In this document: piece by piece, positions 9,899 to 19,528 of the stretch
How positions within the stretch are numbered: position 1 is the stretch's first letter
How the letters are laid out: each line of letters starts with the position of its first letter
From: an uncultured virus (IMG/VR IMGVR_UViG_3300036945_000802)
Lineage: Duplodnaviria; Heunggongvirae; Uroviricota; Caudoviricetes
Virus record (IMG/VR): IMGVR_UViG_3300036945_000802
Length of the DNA: 64,000 nucleotides
Strand: one strand, 5' to 3'
The notes under the pieces: generated by a model
What the model saw: the letters and a program-made list of their open reading frames with translations, nothing else
What the model was told of the DNA's origin: nothing
Databases searched by the model: none
Translations under genes and position numbers: made by a program

Positions 9899-10940
9899 CG
9901 ATACACATTGCGGAGCGCGTAACTCATCAGACATCTTCATGACTTATCAAGAAAAGTTTTATGATGATGTCTTTTTCCCACACTTGCTCTCTAATGATAT
10001 TAAACATATCATCCATCTAGGTGACTATTACGAGCACCGCAAGTTTGTCAACTTCAAGGCATTAGAACACAATCGCCGTATATTCTTAGACAAACTTAGA
10101 GAACACCAGATTCACATGGATATTATTCCAGGCAATCATGACGTGTTCTACAAAAATACCAACGAGCTTTGTTCACTTAAAGAGTTGATGGGTCACTATA
10201 TCGATTGCGTTAAGATTCATATGCAACCGACTAATCTGCAACTTGGTGGCTTATCAATAGCTTTGGTTCCTTGGATTAATGCAGAGAACTATGCTGATAC
10301 AATGGAGTTTATCCAAAATTGTTCAGCTAATATTGTAGGAGGTCACTTTGAATTCTCTGGTTTCGAAATGTATAAAGGTATTCCAAACCCACATGGTATG
10401 GATACGAAAGCGTTCGAGAAGTTTGAGATGGTATTTTCTGGCCACTTTCATACTAAGTCTTCTCGCGACAATATTCATTATCTTGGATCCCAAATGGAGT
10501 TTACTTGGGGTGATTGTGATGATCCCAAATATTTTCACATCCTTGATACTGATACGCGGCAAATAGAAGCAGTACATAATCCGCACACTCTTCATACAAA
10601 AGTAGTGTACAACGATGAAAAAACAGATTATAATAGCTATGATGTGTCGCACTTAGATAATCAATTTGTAAAAGTCATCGTAGAAAAAAAGCAAGACTTC
10701 TTTGCATTTGACAGACTTATCGATCGTATCTCACAACGTCCTATTCATGAACTTAAGATTGCTGAATCCTTTACAGAGTTTTTAGGTGAAAGTGTAGAGG
10801 ATGGAGAAATTACATTAGATGATACACAAGTTTTATTGGACTCTTATGTCGAAGCAGTTGACACAGAAGCAGACAAAGAGAAACTAAAAACTCTATTACG
10901 CGGTTTGTATGTAGAGGCACAAAATATAGAAGTGGTATAA
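9879..10940 (+). CDS. gp47: Recombination endonuclease subunit (Mre11/SbcD-like)
   Basis: DTH, GD, GNHD and GHFH metallophosphoesterase motifs. Confidence 0.95.
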   Translation: MKIAILNDTHCGARNSSDIFMTYQEKFYDDVFFPHLLSNDIKHIIHLGDYYEHRKFVNFKALEHNRRIFLDKLREHQIHMDIIPGNHDVFYKNTNELCSLKELMGHYIDCVKIHMQPTNLQLGGLSIALVPWINAENYADTMEFIQNCSANIVGGHFEFSGFEMYKGIPNPHGMDTKAFEKFEMVFSGHFHTKSSRDNIHYLGSQMEFTWGDCDDPKYFHILDTDTRQIEAVHNPHTLHTKVVYNDEKTDYNSYDVSHLDNQFVKVIVEKKQDFFAFDRLIDRISQRPIHELKIAESFTEFLGESVEDGEITLDDTQVLLDSYVEAVDTEADKEKLKTLLRGLYVEAQNIEVV

Positions 10941-12670
10941 TGGCTGGAATTATTTTTAAAACTGTACGATGGAAAAACTTCTTAAGTACAGGTGATCAAT
11001 TTACAGAGATCCAACTTGATCGTAGTGAAGCTACACTTATTGTTGGCCAAAATGGTGCAGGTAAATCTACACTCTTAGATGCACTATCATTTGGTTTGTT
11101 TGGTAAACCATATCGTAATATTTCTAAACCACAACTATTAAACTCAATCAACAATAAGAACGCAGTAGTTGAAGTAGAGTTTAATGTTGGTGCTGCAGAG
11201 TTTAAGATCATTCGAGGTATTAAACCTAATACGTTTGAAATTTACCAAAATGGTAAACTGATTAATCAAGATTCTAATTCACGCGACTATCAAGCATTCC
11301 TCGAACAAAATGTGTTAAAGCTAAACCATAAGTCGTTCCATCAAGTTGTTGTTATTGGCTCTGCTTCTTTTACTCCTTTCATGCAATTGCCAGCAGGACA
11401 ACGCAGAACGATCATTGAGGAATTGCTTGATATTCAAGTGTTCTCGCGTATGAATCAAATCTTAAAAGAAAAGATCGCTCGCACAAAGGAACAAATTAAT
11501 GATGTCAACAATCAACTCGAACTCATTGGTGAAAAGGTTCGATTACAAAACAAGTATATTGCCGATGTCGAATCACTTGCAAAAGATCAGATTAGAGATA
11601 AACAGAAAGCCATCGAAGACGGTCAATTATCAATCAAAGATCTTCAGACCAAAAATGCTGGACTTTCAGAACAATTGGTCGCTCTTATTGAACGTCAAAA
11701 AAATCTCAAAGCAGTCGAGACAAAGAAAAACAAGTTGGCCGGATTTGGTCATAAGTTTGACTCTTCCATTAAGACGTTACAAGAAAACAGAACTTTCTTT
11801 ATGGAATCTTCTAGTTGCCCAACCTGTTCTCAAGAAATTACTACCGAAACACGGGAAGAGCACGTGCATAAATGTGATTCAGAGATCGGGAAAATTAGTG
11901 AAGGTATTGAAAAGCTCAAGGTTGAATTAGACAACATCTCAGCTCAAGAAACTACATTGTTAGAAGAGATCGAAAAGTTTCAAACAGCACAAATGGATAT
12001 CGTTGCAAATAATGCATCTATCACAGCAGCTCAGCGTGCTATCGATAAATTAGAAACAGAGATCTTAAAAATCGAAGGTACTGAAGGCGATGTTGGTGCT
12101 GCATTAGCAGACTTAAAGATGCTTCAGATTGAGAAAGAAAAACTTGCAGAATTAAAGTTAAACTATATCGATCAACAAAATTATAATCATCTCGCAAATG
12201 AGATGCTTAAAGATACTGGTATCAAGACAAAGATTGTCAAACAGTATTTGCCAGTTATCAACAAATTGGTTAATCAGTACTTACAAATCTTAGATTTCTT
12301 CGTACTGTTTAACTTAGATGAATCCTTTAATGAGACAATCAAGTCTCGCTATCGTGATGAATTTACGTATGCTTCATTCTCAGAAGGTGAGAAGCAACGT
12401 ATTGATTTAAGTTTGCTCTTCACATGGCGTCAAATCTCTCGCATGAAGAATTCAGCAAACACAAACCTATTGGTTCTTGATGAGACATTTGATTCTTCAT
12501 TAGATAATGATGGTATCGATAACTTAATGAAAATTTTAGGCACAGTACAAGACACTAACGTCTTCGTCATCTCTCACAAAGGTGATGTACTTGATTCTAA
12601 GTTTAGAAGCAAGATTGAGTTCGTGAAAGAAAGAAACTTCTCAAGGATAAAAAATGCAACCTCAATTTAA
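10940..12670 (+). CDS. gp46: Recombination ATPase subunit (Rad50/SbcC-like)
   Basis: GQNGAGKST, CPTC zinc hook, FSEGE signature, LDE. Confidence 0.96.
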   Translation: MAGIIFKTVRWKNFLSTGDQFTEIQLDRSEATLIVGQNGAGKSTLLDALSFGLFGKPYRNISKPQLLNSINNKNAVVEVEFNVGAAEFKIIRGIKPNTFEIYQNGKLINQDSNSRDYQAFLEQNVLKLNHKSFHQVVVIGSASFTPFMQLPAGQRRTIIEELLDIQVFSRMNQILKEKIARTKEQINDVNNQLELIGEKVRLQNKYIADVESLAKDQIRDKQKAIEDGQLSIKDLQTKNAGLSEQLVALIERQKNLKAVETKKNKLAGFGHKFDSSIKTLQENRTFFMESSSCPTCSQEITTETREEHVHKCDSEIGKISEGIEKLKVELDNISAQETTLLEEIEKFQTAQMDIVANNASITAAQRAIDKLETEILKIEGTEGDVGAALADLKMLQIEKEKLAELKLNYIDQQNYNHLANEMLKDTGIKTKIVKQYLPVINKLVNQYLQILDFFVLFNLDESFNETIKSRYRDEFTYASFSEGEKQRIDLSLLFTWRQISRMKNSANTNLLVLDETFDSSLDNDGIDNLMKILGTVQDTNVFVISHKGDVLDSKFRSKIEFVKERNFSRIKNATSI

Positions 12671-13139
12671 ACTTATTCCATATGATGATCCTCTATTAAC
12701 ATCACCTTTGGAATATACAGATATAGAAGATAAACAAGCATTCGCAGAGCAATTAGAAAATGCAACAAGATTTTTTAATGGCATCGGTTTATCAGCAAAT
12801 CAAGTTGGTATCAACAATCGTGTATTCAGTGTAGCAACTAATGGATTCTCTGAAACATTCTTTAACCCAAAGATTGTGGAATATTCTAAAGACGAGATTC
12901 TATTCGAAGAAGGTTGCTTGTCACAACCCGGTGTGTTCATCAATTTAAAGCGTCCTAAGACAATTAAGATTGAATACACAAATAAAGAAGGTGAACGTAT
13001 CACTGCAGATTTTGGCGGTATCACTGCTCGTATCATTCAACATGAATACGATCACATGGAAGGCACTAACTTCCTAAAGCTTGCATCACCTATGAAACGT
13101 GCTTTGGCCCTAAAAAAAGCTAAGAAAAAAGTCTATTAA
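12654..13139 (+). CDS. def: Peptide deformylase
   Basis: GIGLSANQ, EGCLS and QHEYDH motifs. Confidence 0.93.
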   Translation: MQPQFKLIPYDDPLLTSPLEYTDIEDKQAFAEQLENATRFFNGIGLSANQVGINNRVFSVATNGFSETFFNPKIVEYSKDEILFEEGCLSQPGVFINLKRPKTIKIEYTNKEGERITADFGGITARIIQHEYDHMEGTNFLKLASPMKRALALKKAKKKVY

Positions 13140-13161
13140 AAACATAGACTTGTAGGGCCTA

Positions 13162-13190
13162 TGTACAGCATGCTATTTTTGTGGTATAAT
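13162..13190 (+). promoter_or_regulatory. Early/middle promoter
   Basis: TGTACA-N17-TATAAT with TGTGG. Confidence 0.82.
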
Positions 13191-13216
13191 ATATACATAT
13201 CACGGAGAAAAATAGC

Positions 13217-15499
13217 ATGCAATCTGGTGTCCAAAAGCTAGAAAAAATATCGATTAACTTCGATCAACAATCTACCTTAGCAAGACTATTGGCTAAGGAA
13301 AACATTTCAGTCATTCATGGTTCATACCACACAGCTTGGTTTGATCCTCAAAAACGTGTACTCGCTTTGCCCATTTGGAAGAATCGTGGTAAAGCTGTAT
13401 ACGACTTACTTACTGGTCACGAAGTTGGTCACGCGCTTTACACCCCTGCTAAAGGATGGCACGATGCGATTGACGACATTAAAGGTGCACCTAAAGCATA
13501 CCTCAACATTCTAGAAGACGTTCGCATTGAACGTAAAATTCAAGATCTGTATCCAGGTATTCGCTTTCAATTCCAAAAAGCATACAAGCAACTTGCTGAT
13601 GACGACTTCTTTGGTATCGTCAAAGACAACATTGATATTGACTCTGCTCGCGTAATCGACAAGATTAACGTTAAGGCTAAATTAGGTCCAAACATTGATG
13701 TAGATTTTAAACCAATCGAATACGAATACTTTGCACGTTCATTCGAAACTGAAACGTTCGAAGACGTGGTAGCTCTTGCTAAAGAAATTTATGATTATCA
13801 AAAATCATTGATGAAAAAAATCAAAGCTCGTCCAATGCAGACTCTTCCAACGGTTGAAGAAGTTGATGAGGATATGCCACCGTTTGATCCACAAGACTAT
13901 GATAAAGCTGACGAAGAAGTTCCTCCAGAAAACGAAGAACGAAAACAAGAATTTGCTGATGCTAAAGATGAAACTGAACCAGAAGATGATAAGCCTCACT
14001 CTGGTAAAACTGGTTCAGGTTTAGATGGTGAACAAAAAGAACTTCACAAAGACGATGTTAAAGATGGTCCATCAGAAACTAAATCACAGGATCCTGGTGA
14101 ATTAGATCTAGAGTCTCTAACGGATAAAGCTTTCCGCGAACGTGAAAACGAACTAGTTGCCCTTGAAGAAATGAAAGGCACTATGGTTTACAACATCTCT
14201 AAAATCCGTCAACCTGAAATATTGATTGATTACAAAGAATATTTCCAACAATGGAAGAAAGAACTTGTCGAAGCTGACTCCTATTATGGAGATGTGATTA
14301 CACGTCAACTTTCAGAATTAAATGATAACTATAAAAAGTTTCGTATTGAAACTGATATGGCTGCAGCGTATATGGCAAAAGAATTCGAGATGCGTAAAGC
14401 TGCATATCAATATTCTCGTTCATCTGTGCAAAAAACTGGTATCATTAACACCAATAAATTGCATGCATACAAATACTCAGAGGATATTTTCCTAAAGTCT
14501 ACTAAGCTTGCAAATTATAAAAACCACGGTATGATGATGTTCATCGACTTTAGTGGCTCTATGCAAGATAACATCGGTCCTACTATTCGTCAAGTATTAA
14601 ATTTGGCAACATTCTGCCGCATGATTCAAATCCCATTCGAAGTGTATGCTTTCACAACTCGTGTACGCTCTGAGAATGAAGATGAAGAAATCAAGTATAA
14701 TGATTATGCTGACTCAGAAATCATTCCACAAAAGTTTAACTTGCTGAACTTAATGTCATCACGCATGTCCCGAAGCGAGTTTAACGAAGGCAGCCGCATG
14801 CTTTGGAATCTATCACAAGCATGGGACGGAAAACTTAATCAGCGATACATCAATAAATGGAATCATCTCCATAGCACTCCATTGAATACATGTATTGTGT
14901 ATGCAAACGATATGATTAATCAGTTTAAGTCAAAGCATAACATTGAAAAAATGACTGCTATGTTTTTAACTGACGGCGAATCAGATGCATTCCAAATTCG
15001 TATGACAGAAGAAGGTGATGCGCATCGTTTAACTAAAGATGCATTTTATGGATATCGCGGAAAACCTGCAGTTGTACGCGTAGCTGGTAAAAGCGTGCAT
15101 GTTAATTCAGTGAACTCTTCTGATATGACTGCAAAATTGTTACAATTCTTAAAGCAGTCTACTAACTCGAATGTGCTTGGTTTTTTCATTAGTGAATATC
15201 GTAATCAAGCTATTTCGAAAGCGACAAGCGAAGCTCCTGTAGGAAAGTATAGTCAATACAAAGACAAGTATACAGAACAAATGAGCAAGAATCGTTGCTT
15301 GATTGAAGACGGCATCTTTGGATATGATCGCTATTTTGGTCTATGTTCTAAGTACATGGATATTGCAGACAATGATTTCGATGAAATGGTTGAGGACGGT
15401 GCGAGCAAAAATAAGATCAAAACTGCTTTTGCAAAGATGTCCAAGTCCAAGCGAGTTAATCGTATCCTGCTGAATGCTTTTGTTGATGCAATTGCTTGA
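13217..15499 (+). CDS. CobT-like protein with N-terminal HExxH peptidase-like domain and C-terminal VWA domain
   Basis: HEVGH...NILEDVRIE; acidic linker; DFSGSM, TPL and LTDGE MIDAS motifs. Confidence 0.85.
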   Translation: MQSGVQKLEKISINFDQQSTLARLLAKENISVIHGSYHTAWFDPQKRVLALPIWKNRGKAVYDLLTGHEVGHALYTPAKGWHDAIDDIKGAPKAYLNILEDVRIERKIQDLYPGIRFQFQKAYKQLADDDFFGIVKDNIDIDSARVIDKINVKAKLGPNIDVDFKPIEYEYFARSFETETFEDVVALAKEIYDYQKSLMKKIKARPMQTLPTVEEVDEDMPPFDPQDYDKADEEVPPENEERKQEFADAKDETEPEDDKPHSGKTGSGLDGEQKELHKDDVKDGPSETKSQDPGELDLESLTDKAFRERENELVALEEMKGTMVYNISKIRQPEILIDYKEYFQQWKKELVEADSYYGDVITRQLSELNDNYKKFRIETDMAAAYMAKEFEMRKAAYQYSRSSVQKTGIINTNKLHAYKYSEDIFLKSTKLANYKNHGMMMFIDFSGSMQDNIGPTIRQVLNLATFCRMIQIPFEVYAFTTRVRSENEDEEIKYNDYADSEIIPQKFNLLNLMSSRMSRSEFNEGSRMLWNLSQAWDGKLNQRYINKWNHLHSTPLNTCIVYANDMINQFKSKHNIEKMTAMFLTDGESDAFQIRMTEEGDAHRLTKDAFYGYRGKPAVVRVAGKSVHVNSVNSSDMTAKLLQFLKQSTNSNVLGFFISEYRNQAISKATSEAPVGKYSQYKDKYTEQMSKNRCLIEDGIFGYDRYFGLCSKYMDIADNDFDEMVEDGASKNKIKTAFAKMSKSKRVNRILLNAFVDAIA

Positions 15500-15521
15500 C
15501 CGGCATAGCTCGAAAGGGCTA

Positions 15522-15550
15522 TGTACAAATGATTGAAAATGTGGTATAAT
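15522..15550 (+). promoter_or_regulatory. Early/middle promoter overlapping a GAAA hairpin
   Basis: TGTACA-N17-TATAAT; CATAGCTC-GAAA-GGGCTATG abuts the -35 element. Confidence 0.82.
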
Positions 15551-15597
15551 ATACCATGTATTGCAAATATAATGTGTAAAGTGAAAGGTGTCCAACC

Positions 15598-16746
15598 ATG
15601 AAACAAGAAATTAAAACAGCATTTGTCAAAACACTAGGCGACAAATATCCCGGTCGATCAGTCTTCGATGTCAAAGAACTAGTCGACCACGCTAATGATA
15701 TGGGCTTGAATTATCCAAGCTTCGTGACAAAACCAGAAAATCGAGTAGGACGCGGCAAGTACCAAATCCAAATGCTCGCAACAGTAACTCAATTGCCAAA
15801 GCGTGATGCTGAACCTTCAGCAGAAGCTGAAACAATTAAACAATCGGTGTTCGAACAAGTGAAAATTGAAGTTCCACAAAAAGACAAAAGCTATGTTTCA
15901 TGGGGATTCTTCCGTGACATTAAGCAAATCATTGACTCTATGCAGTTCTATCCAGTGTTTATTGCTGGTCTTTCTGGTAACGGTAAGACTATGATGGTTG
16001 AACAAGCATGTGCTCAAGCTCAACGCAAATATGTGCGTGTTAACATCACTGAAGAAACTGACGAAGATGATTTGATCGGTGGTTTCCGTCTTGTAAACGG
16101 TGAGACTGTATGGTGTGACGGTCCAATTCCACAAGCTATGAAACAAGGTGCAATCTGTCTTATCGACGAGATCGATCGTGGTTCAAATAAGCTAATGTGT
16201 TTGCAAGCTGTACTCGAAGGCAAACCATTGTACATCAAAAAGACTGGTGCAGTCATCCACGCACAAGAAGGCTTTAACATATTGGCTACTGCTAACACCA
16301 AAGGTCGTGGCTCTGAAGACGGCCGATTCACAGGTGCACGCATTCTTGACGAAGCTTTCCTCGAACGTTTCGTTGCTACAATGGATCAACCATATCCAAC
16401 TACTGCAGTTGAAAAGAAAATTATTCTAAACGCTATGGAAACAAGCGGTAAGCTTGATGGCGAATTCGCAGATAACTTGGTTACATGGTCAGACATTATT
16501 CGTACCACATTCAAAGACGGTGGTGTTGATGATTTGATCTCTACTCGCCGTCTTGTACACATTGCTCGTACTTATGGCATCTTCGGTGATCGTGCAAAAG
16601 CAATTGAATTGTGTATCTCTCGATTTGACGAAGACACACGAGTAGCATTCCTTGATTTGTATAGCAAAGTAGATTCTAAGGTAGTACCAACTGTCGAAGA
16701 AAAACAATTTGTTGAGGCGCCAGATAAAAATGTAACGCCGTTCTAA
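15598..16746 (+). CDS. CobS/MoxR-family AAA+ ATPase
   Basis: GLSGNGKT, LIDEID, ATANTKG, DEAFLERF and ISTRRL; partner of the upstream VWA protein. Confidence 0.9.
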   Translation: MKQEIKTAFVKTLGDKYPGRSVFDVKELVDHANDMGLNYPSFVTKPENRVGRGKYQIQMLATVTQLPKRDAEPSAEAETIKQSVFEQVKIEVPQKDKSYVSWGFFRDIKQIIDSMQFYPVFIAGLSGNGKTMMVEQACAQAQRKYVRVNITEETDEDDLIGGFRLVNGETVWCDGPIPQAMKQGAICLIDEIDRGSNKLMCLQAVLEGKPLYIKKTGAVIHAQEGFNILATANTKGRGSEDGRFTGARILDEAFLERFVATMDQPYPTTAVEKKIILNAMETSGKLDGEFADNLVTWSDIIRTTFKDGGVDDLISTRRLVHIARTYGIFGDRAKAIELCISRFDEDTRVAFLDLYSKVDSKVVPTVEEKQFVEAPDKNVTPF

Positions 16747-16750
16747 AGAA

Positions 16751-16807
16751 CACCCTCGGGAGAGATATACACACTCCTCTTCCGGTCATTGGGTGATATT
16801 GAGTGTG
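16751..16807 (+). promoter_or_regulatory. Predicted pseudoknotted leader RNA
   Basis: CACCC/GGGTG and TCGGGAGAG/CTCTTCCGG stems; loop CACACTC complementary to downstream GAGTGTG. Confidence 0.55.
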
Positions 16808-16831
16808 ATTATGTAATGGAGTATTTTTAAT

Positions 16832-17086
16832 ATGAAAAGCAAGCAAGCACGCCTTCTAAAGGCATTTAAGACTGGTCAAAACTTTACTGCTGGTCAAATC
16901 AGCAATCGTTTTGGCATCAAGAACGCAACTGCATCAGTTAGCGCTCTTCGCACCCAAGGTTATTGCATTTATGCAAACAAGACAAGCGGTATTACTACAT
17001 ACCGTATGGGTCAACCTACACGTGCAATCGTAGCAGCAGGTATTCGTGCTCTACGTAGCGGTGAGTTTGTTGAGTTGTCTGCTTAA
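16832..17086 (+). CDS. Small basic winged-HTH-like nucleic-acid-binding protein
   Basis: FTAGQISNRFGIKNATASVSALRTQGY HTH-like pattern; GGAG SD. Confidence 0.6.
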   Translation: MKSKQARLLKAFKTGQNFTAGQISNRFGIKNATASVSALRTQGYCIYANKTSGITTYRMGQPTRAIVAAGIRALRSGEFVELSA

Positions 17087-17160
17087 TTAAAAGCAGTTGA
17101 TGGAGGGAGGAGAGACTGGACACCGCTCCTCTCTCCTTCATTAATTTTGGAGTCTATATA

Positions 17161-17325
17161 ATGAATGTTTGGAATCGAGTTGTAGAAGATCTACAAAAAT
17201 ACAGCGAACCTAAAGTTGAGAAAACATTTCTACAACGAATGTGGAATATTGTTTTTAATGATGGATGCAAAGGCGATGGATGTCATCAAGGCAGAAATCC
17301 CGGAGGTTGCAACTGTGGCCACTAA
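17161..17325 (+). CDS. Hypothetical 54-aa protein with Cys-rich C-terminus
   Basis: GGAG SD; MNVWNRVV...CKGDGCHQGRNPGGCNCGH; below the ORF-track cutoff. Confidence 0.55.
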   Translation: MNVWNRVVEDLQKYSEPKVEKTFLQRMWNIVFNDGCKGDGCHQGRNPGGCNCGH

Positions 17326-17647
17326 AGATGTAAAAGCATCTCAGACTGCAACGACAGGCGGTCGAAAGTTTGATGGTGGAAAACCTCGTTATGGTTTGTT
17401 ACCTCCTTTGGCAATGAAAGCCACTGCAGAAGTACTAACATTCGGTGCAGAAAAATATGAACCAGATAATTGGAAGTATGTACCTGAATCAAAGACCCGT
17501 TATTTTGATGCATTAGAACGACATGTTTGGGCATGGAAAATGGGTGAGCAAATGGATCCTGAATCTGGGATGCATCACTTAGCACACGCTCTTTGCTGCT
17601 TGATGTTTTTGTATGAGCATGATGTGAAATATTCTAAGGAAGATTGA
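17315..17647 (+). CDS. dATP/dGTP diphosphohydrolase-like protein (DUF5664-type)
   Basis: GRKFDGGKPRYGLLPP, FGAEKYEPDNW and DPESGMHHLAHA; GTG start after GGAGG. Confidence 0.8.
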   Translation: MATKDVKASQTATTGGRKFDGGKPRYGLLPPLAMKATAEVLTFGAEKYEPDNWKYVPESKTRYFDALERHVWAWKMGEQMDPESGMHHLAHALCCLMFLYEHDVKYSKED

Positions 17648-17994
17648 TGTTTAAATTTCTTACAGATAATAATGTTCTTCGCAATAAGAACAAAGAACTA
17701 GAACTTGAAGTTGAGTCGTTAAAGAAAGAACTTGCTGCAAGTAAGGATGTAATTAAAAGCATCAACGACAATATTTCTAAAGGACCATTCGCTTTCGACT
17801 TTAAAAAGATGAATGTCTTTTCTATTGAACGTAACGTCAATGCGAATAAACCATGCACAATTATTGGTTATATTCTGAAAGAACCAAAAGAAGATTCTGA
17901 TGGTAGTAAAGACGTTGTTCGCGAATGGTATTTTTATTGTGACGATGAACAACACAATAAATTAGTAGAACAATTTAAAGCAGCTCGAAAATAA
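17647..17994 (+). CDS. Hypothetical protein
   Basis: ORF translationally coupled to the previous gene. Confidence 0.6.
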   Translation: MFKFLTDNNVLRNKNKELELEVESLKKELAASKDVIKSINDNISKGPFAFDFKKMNVFSIERNVNANKPCTIIGYILKEPKEDSDGSKDVVREWYFYCDDEQHNKLVEQFKAARK

Positions 17995-17997
17995 TTG

Positions 17998-18026
17998 TGT
18001 ACAAAATACCATTTATGTGGTATAAT
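17998..18026 (+). promoter_or_regulatory. Early/middle promoter for gp45
   Basis: TGTACA-N17-TATAAT with TGTGG. Confidence 0.82.
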
Positions 18027-18054
18027 GGATACAATATAACTTATAGGATATATT

Positions 18055-18726
18055 ATGAAATTTTCTAACGACACGCTTGCAATTCTAAAAAACTTTGCAA
18101 TCATCCAACCAAACTTGATGTTCCGTGCTGGTAATGAAGTGAAAACTATTGCTGAAGCAAAAAATATAGTTGCTAAAGCAACTATCACTGAAACCATTCC
18201 ACAAGATTTTGGCATTTATGATGTCAATGATTTCTTGTCTTCAATGTCTTTGTTCACAGATCCTGAGATTAGTCTTGGTGATAAGAGCGCAAAGCTAGCT
18301 GAAGGCAAATCCAAGTTGACTTACTTCTTCTCTGATGAGGCTTCGCTAACATATCCCCAAAAAGATGTGTCGATGCCTGCGATTGACGCAACGTTTACGC
18401 TTACATCTGAAGTTCTTAAGTCATTGCAACGAGCTTGCTCATTGCTCTCAGTCTCTACAGTTACGGTAGAGAGTGCTGAAGGTACTAGTATTGCTATCAG
18501 CGTACAAGATACTAAGAACAGCACATCAAATTCATATGGTACTGAAGTAGAAGGTCATAACGGCGGACATACTTTTAAATTCCATTTTGACATTAGTAAC
18601 TTTAAAATTTTGCCAGGTGATTATACTGTATCAATCTCTGGTAAACTTATTTCCCACTTCCAACACAAGACACTTCCAGTTGAATATTGGATTGCTCTTG
18701 AAAAATCTTCAACTTACGAGGCTTAA
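18055..18726 (+). CDS. gp45: Sliding clamp
   Basis: MKFSNDTLAILKNFA, FGIYD and YWIALE. Confidence 0.95.
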   Translation: MKFSNDTLAILKNFAIIQPNLMFRAGNEVKTIAEAKNIVAKATITETIPQDFGIYDVNDFLSSMSLFTDPEISLGDKSAKLAEGKSKLTYFFSDEASLTYPQKDVSMPAIDATFTLTSEVLKSLQRACSLLSVSTVTVESAEGTSIAISVQDTKNSTSNSYGTEVEGHNGGHTFKFHFDISNFKILPGDYTVSISGKLISHFQHKTLPVEYWIALEKSSTYEA

Positions 18727-18731
18727 TAATT

Positions 18732-18935
18732 ATGAGACTAACTGACCTACAAGTAGTAGTGCAGATCATCGATCTTGCCACCGAAAAAGGTGTATTTAAG
18801 GGTGCTGACTTGAAACCAGTCGGCGAAGTACGTGAACGCATCATTGAGTTCATCAAAGCAAACGCAAAACCAGTTGAAGGTAATGCAACTACTGAAGGAG
18901 CCGCAAATGAGCCTGCTGCAGACATCGCTAAGTAA
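18732..18935 (+). CDS. Hypothetical protein
   Basis: 67-aa ORF in the operon, IIDLATEKGVFKG. Confidence 0.6.
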   Translation: MRLTDLQVVVQIIDLATEKGVFKGADLKPVGEVRERIIEFIKANAKPVEGNATTEGAANEPAADIAK

Positions 18936-19170
18936 TCCAGCTGACCGTAAAGGCGTGTACGATGCTATCGTAGAAATTTCTAATTCTATGACACGCATGG
19001 CAGCTGAACGAGATCTAATCAAGGAAACCTTGAATATGGTCAAAGATAAGTACGAACTTCCACAGAAGTATACACGTACGCTAGCAAAGATTTACCATAA
19101 GCAAAACTTCCAAGAAGTTAAGTCAGAGCAATCTGAAGTGGAAACTTTGTATGAATCCATTACGTCGTAA
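18907..19170 (+). CDS. dsbA: Double-stranded DNA binding protein (DsbA-like)
   Basis: LAKIYHKQN...EVETLYE resembles T4 DsbA LLALYHKDN...EVVELYD; AAGGAG SD before ATG 18907. Confidence 0.7.
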   Translation: MSLLQTSLSNPADRKGVYDAIVEISNSMTRMAAERDLIKETLNMVKDKYELPQKYTRTLAKIYHKQNFQEVKSEQSEVETLYESITS

Positions 19171-19492
19171 TTTCTTTAAAGGATTCGGTGTACTAGGAGC
19201 GGTGGTTGCAGGTGCAACTGCCGTTAATGTTACTGTCGAAGAAGTTAAAAAACCTACTGAAGACCACTCTCATCTCGAACCAACTAGCGATACGAATATT
19301 CAACTTGTTGCTAATAATCGAGAGAAGAAAGTAAAACCATCTGGCGTCACATCAGATGGAAAACTATTTTATCTTGCTGATTATAACGTACCGCTTGAAG
19401 AACAGAATAAGGTAACATTATCTGTTGGTAAAGACGATCGTCTGTGGATGAAAGTCGGAGAAAAGTGGCATAGGGTGTCAATCGACTCATAA
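19151..19492 (+). CDS. Hypothetical protein with twin-arginine (Tat)-like signal peptide
   Basis: MNPLRRNFFKGFGVLGAVVAGATA. Confidence 0.65.
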   Translation: MNPLRRNFFKGFGVLGAVVAGATAVNVTVEEVKKPTEDHSHLEPTSDTNIQLVANNREKKVKPSGVTSDGKLFYLADYNVPLEEQNKVTLSVGKDDRLWMKVGEKWHRVSIDS

Positions 19493-19504
19493 TTGTGGTA
19501 TAAT
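19476..19504 (+). promoter_or_regulatory. Early/middle promoter for gp44
   Basis: TGTCAA-N17-TATAAT with TGTGG. Confidence 0.7.
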
Positions 19505-19528
19505 ATATTTTTGTAATGGAGTCTTTGA

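Noticed and set aside
16745..17160. tRNA genes in structured intergenic regions
   Set aside because: No cloverleaf or T-loop/CCA pattern recognised here or at 21561, 42568 and 59612
17315..17647. Evidence of a Z-genome (2-aminoadenine) or 7-deazaguanine pathway
   Set aside because: No purZ, queC/D/E, folE or dpdA gene is recognisable in the window
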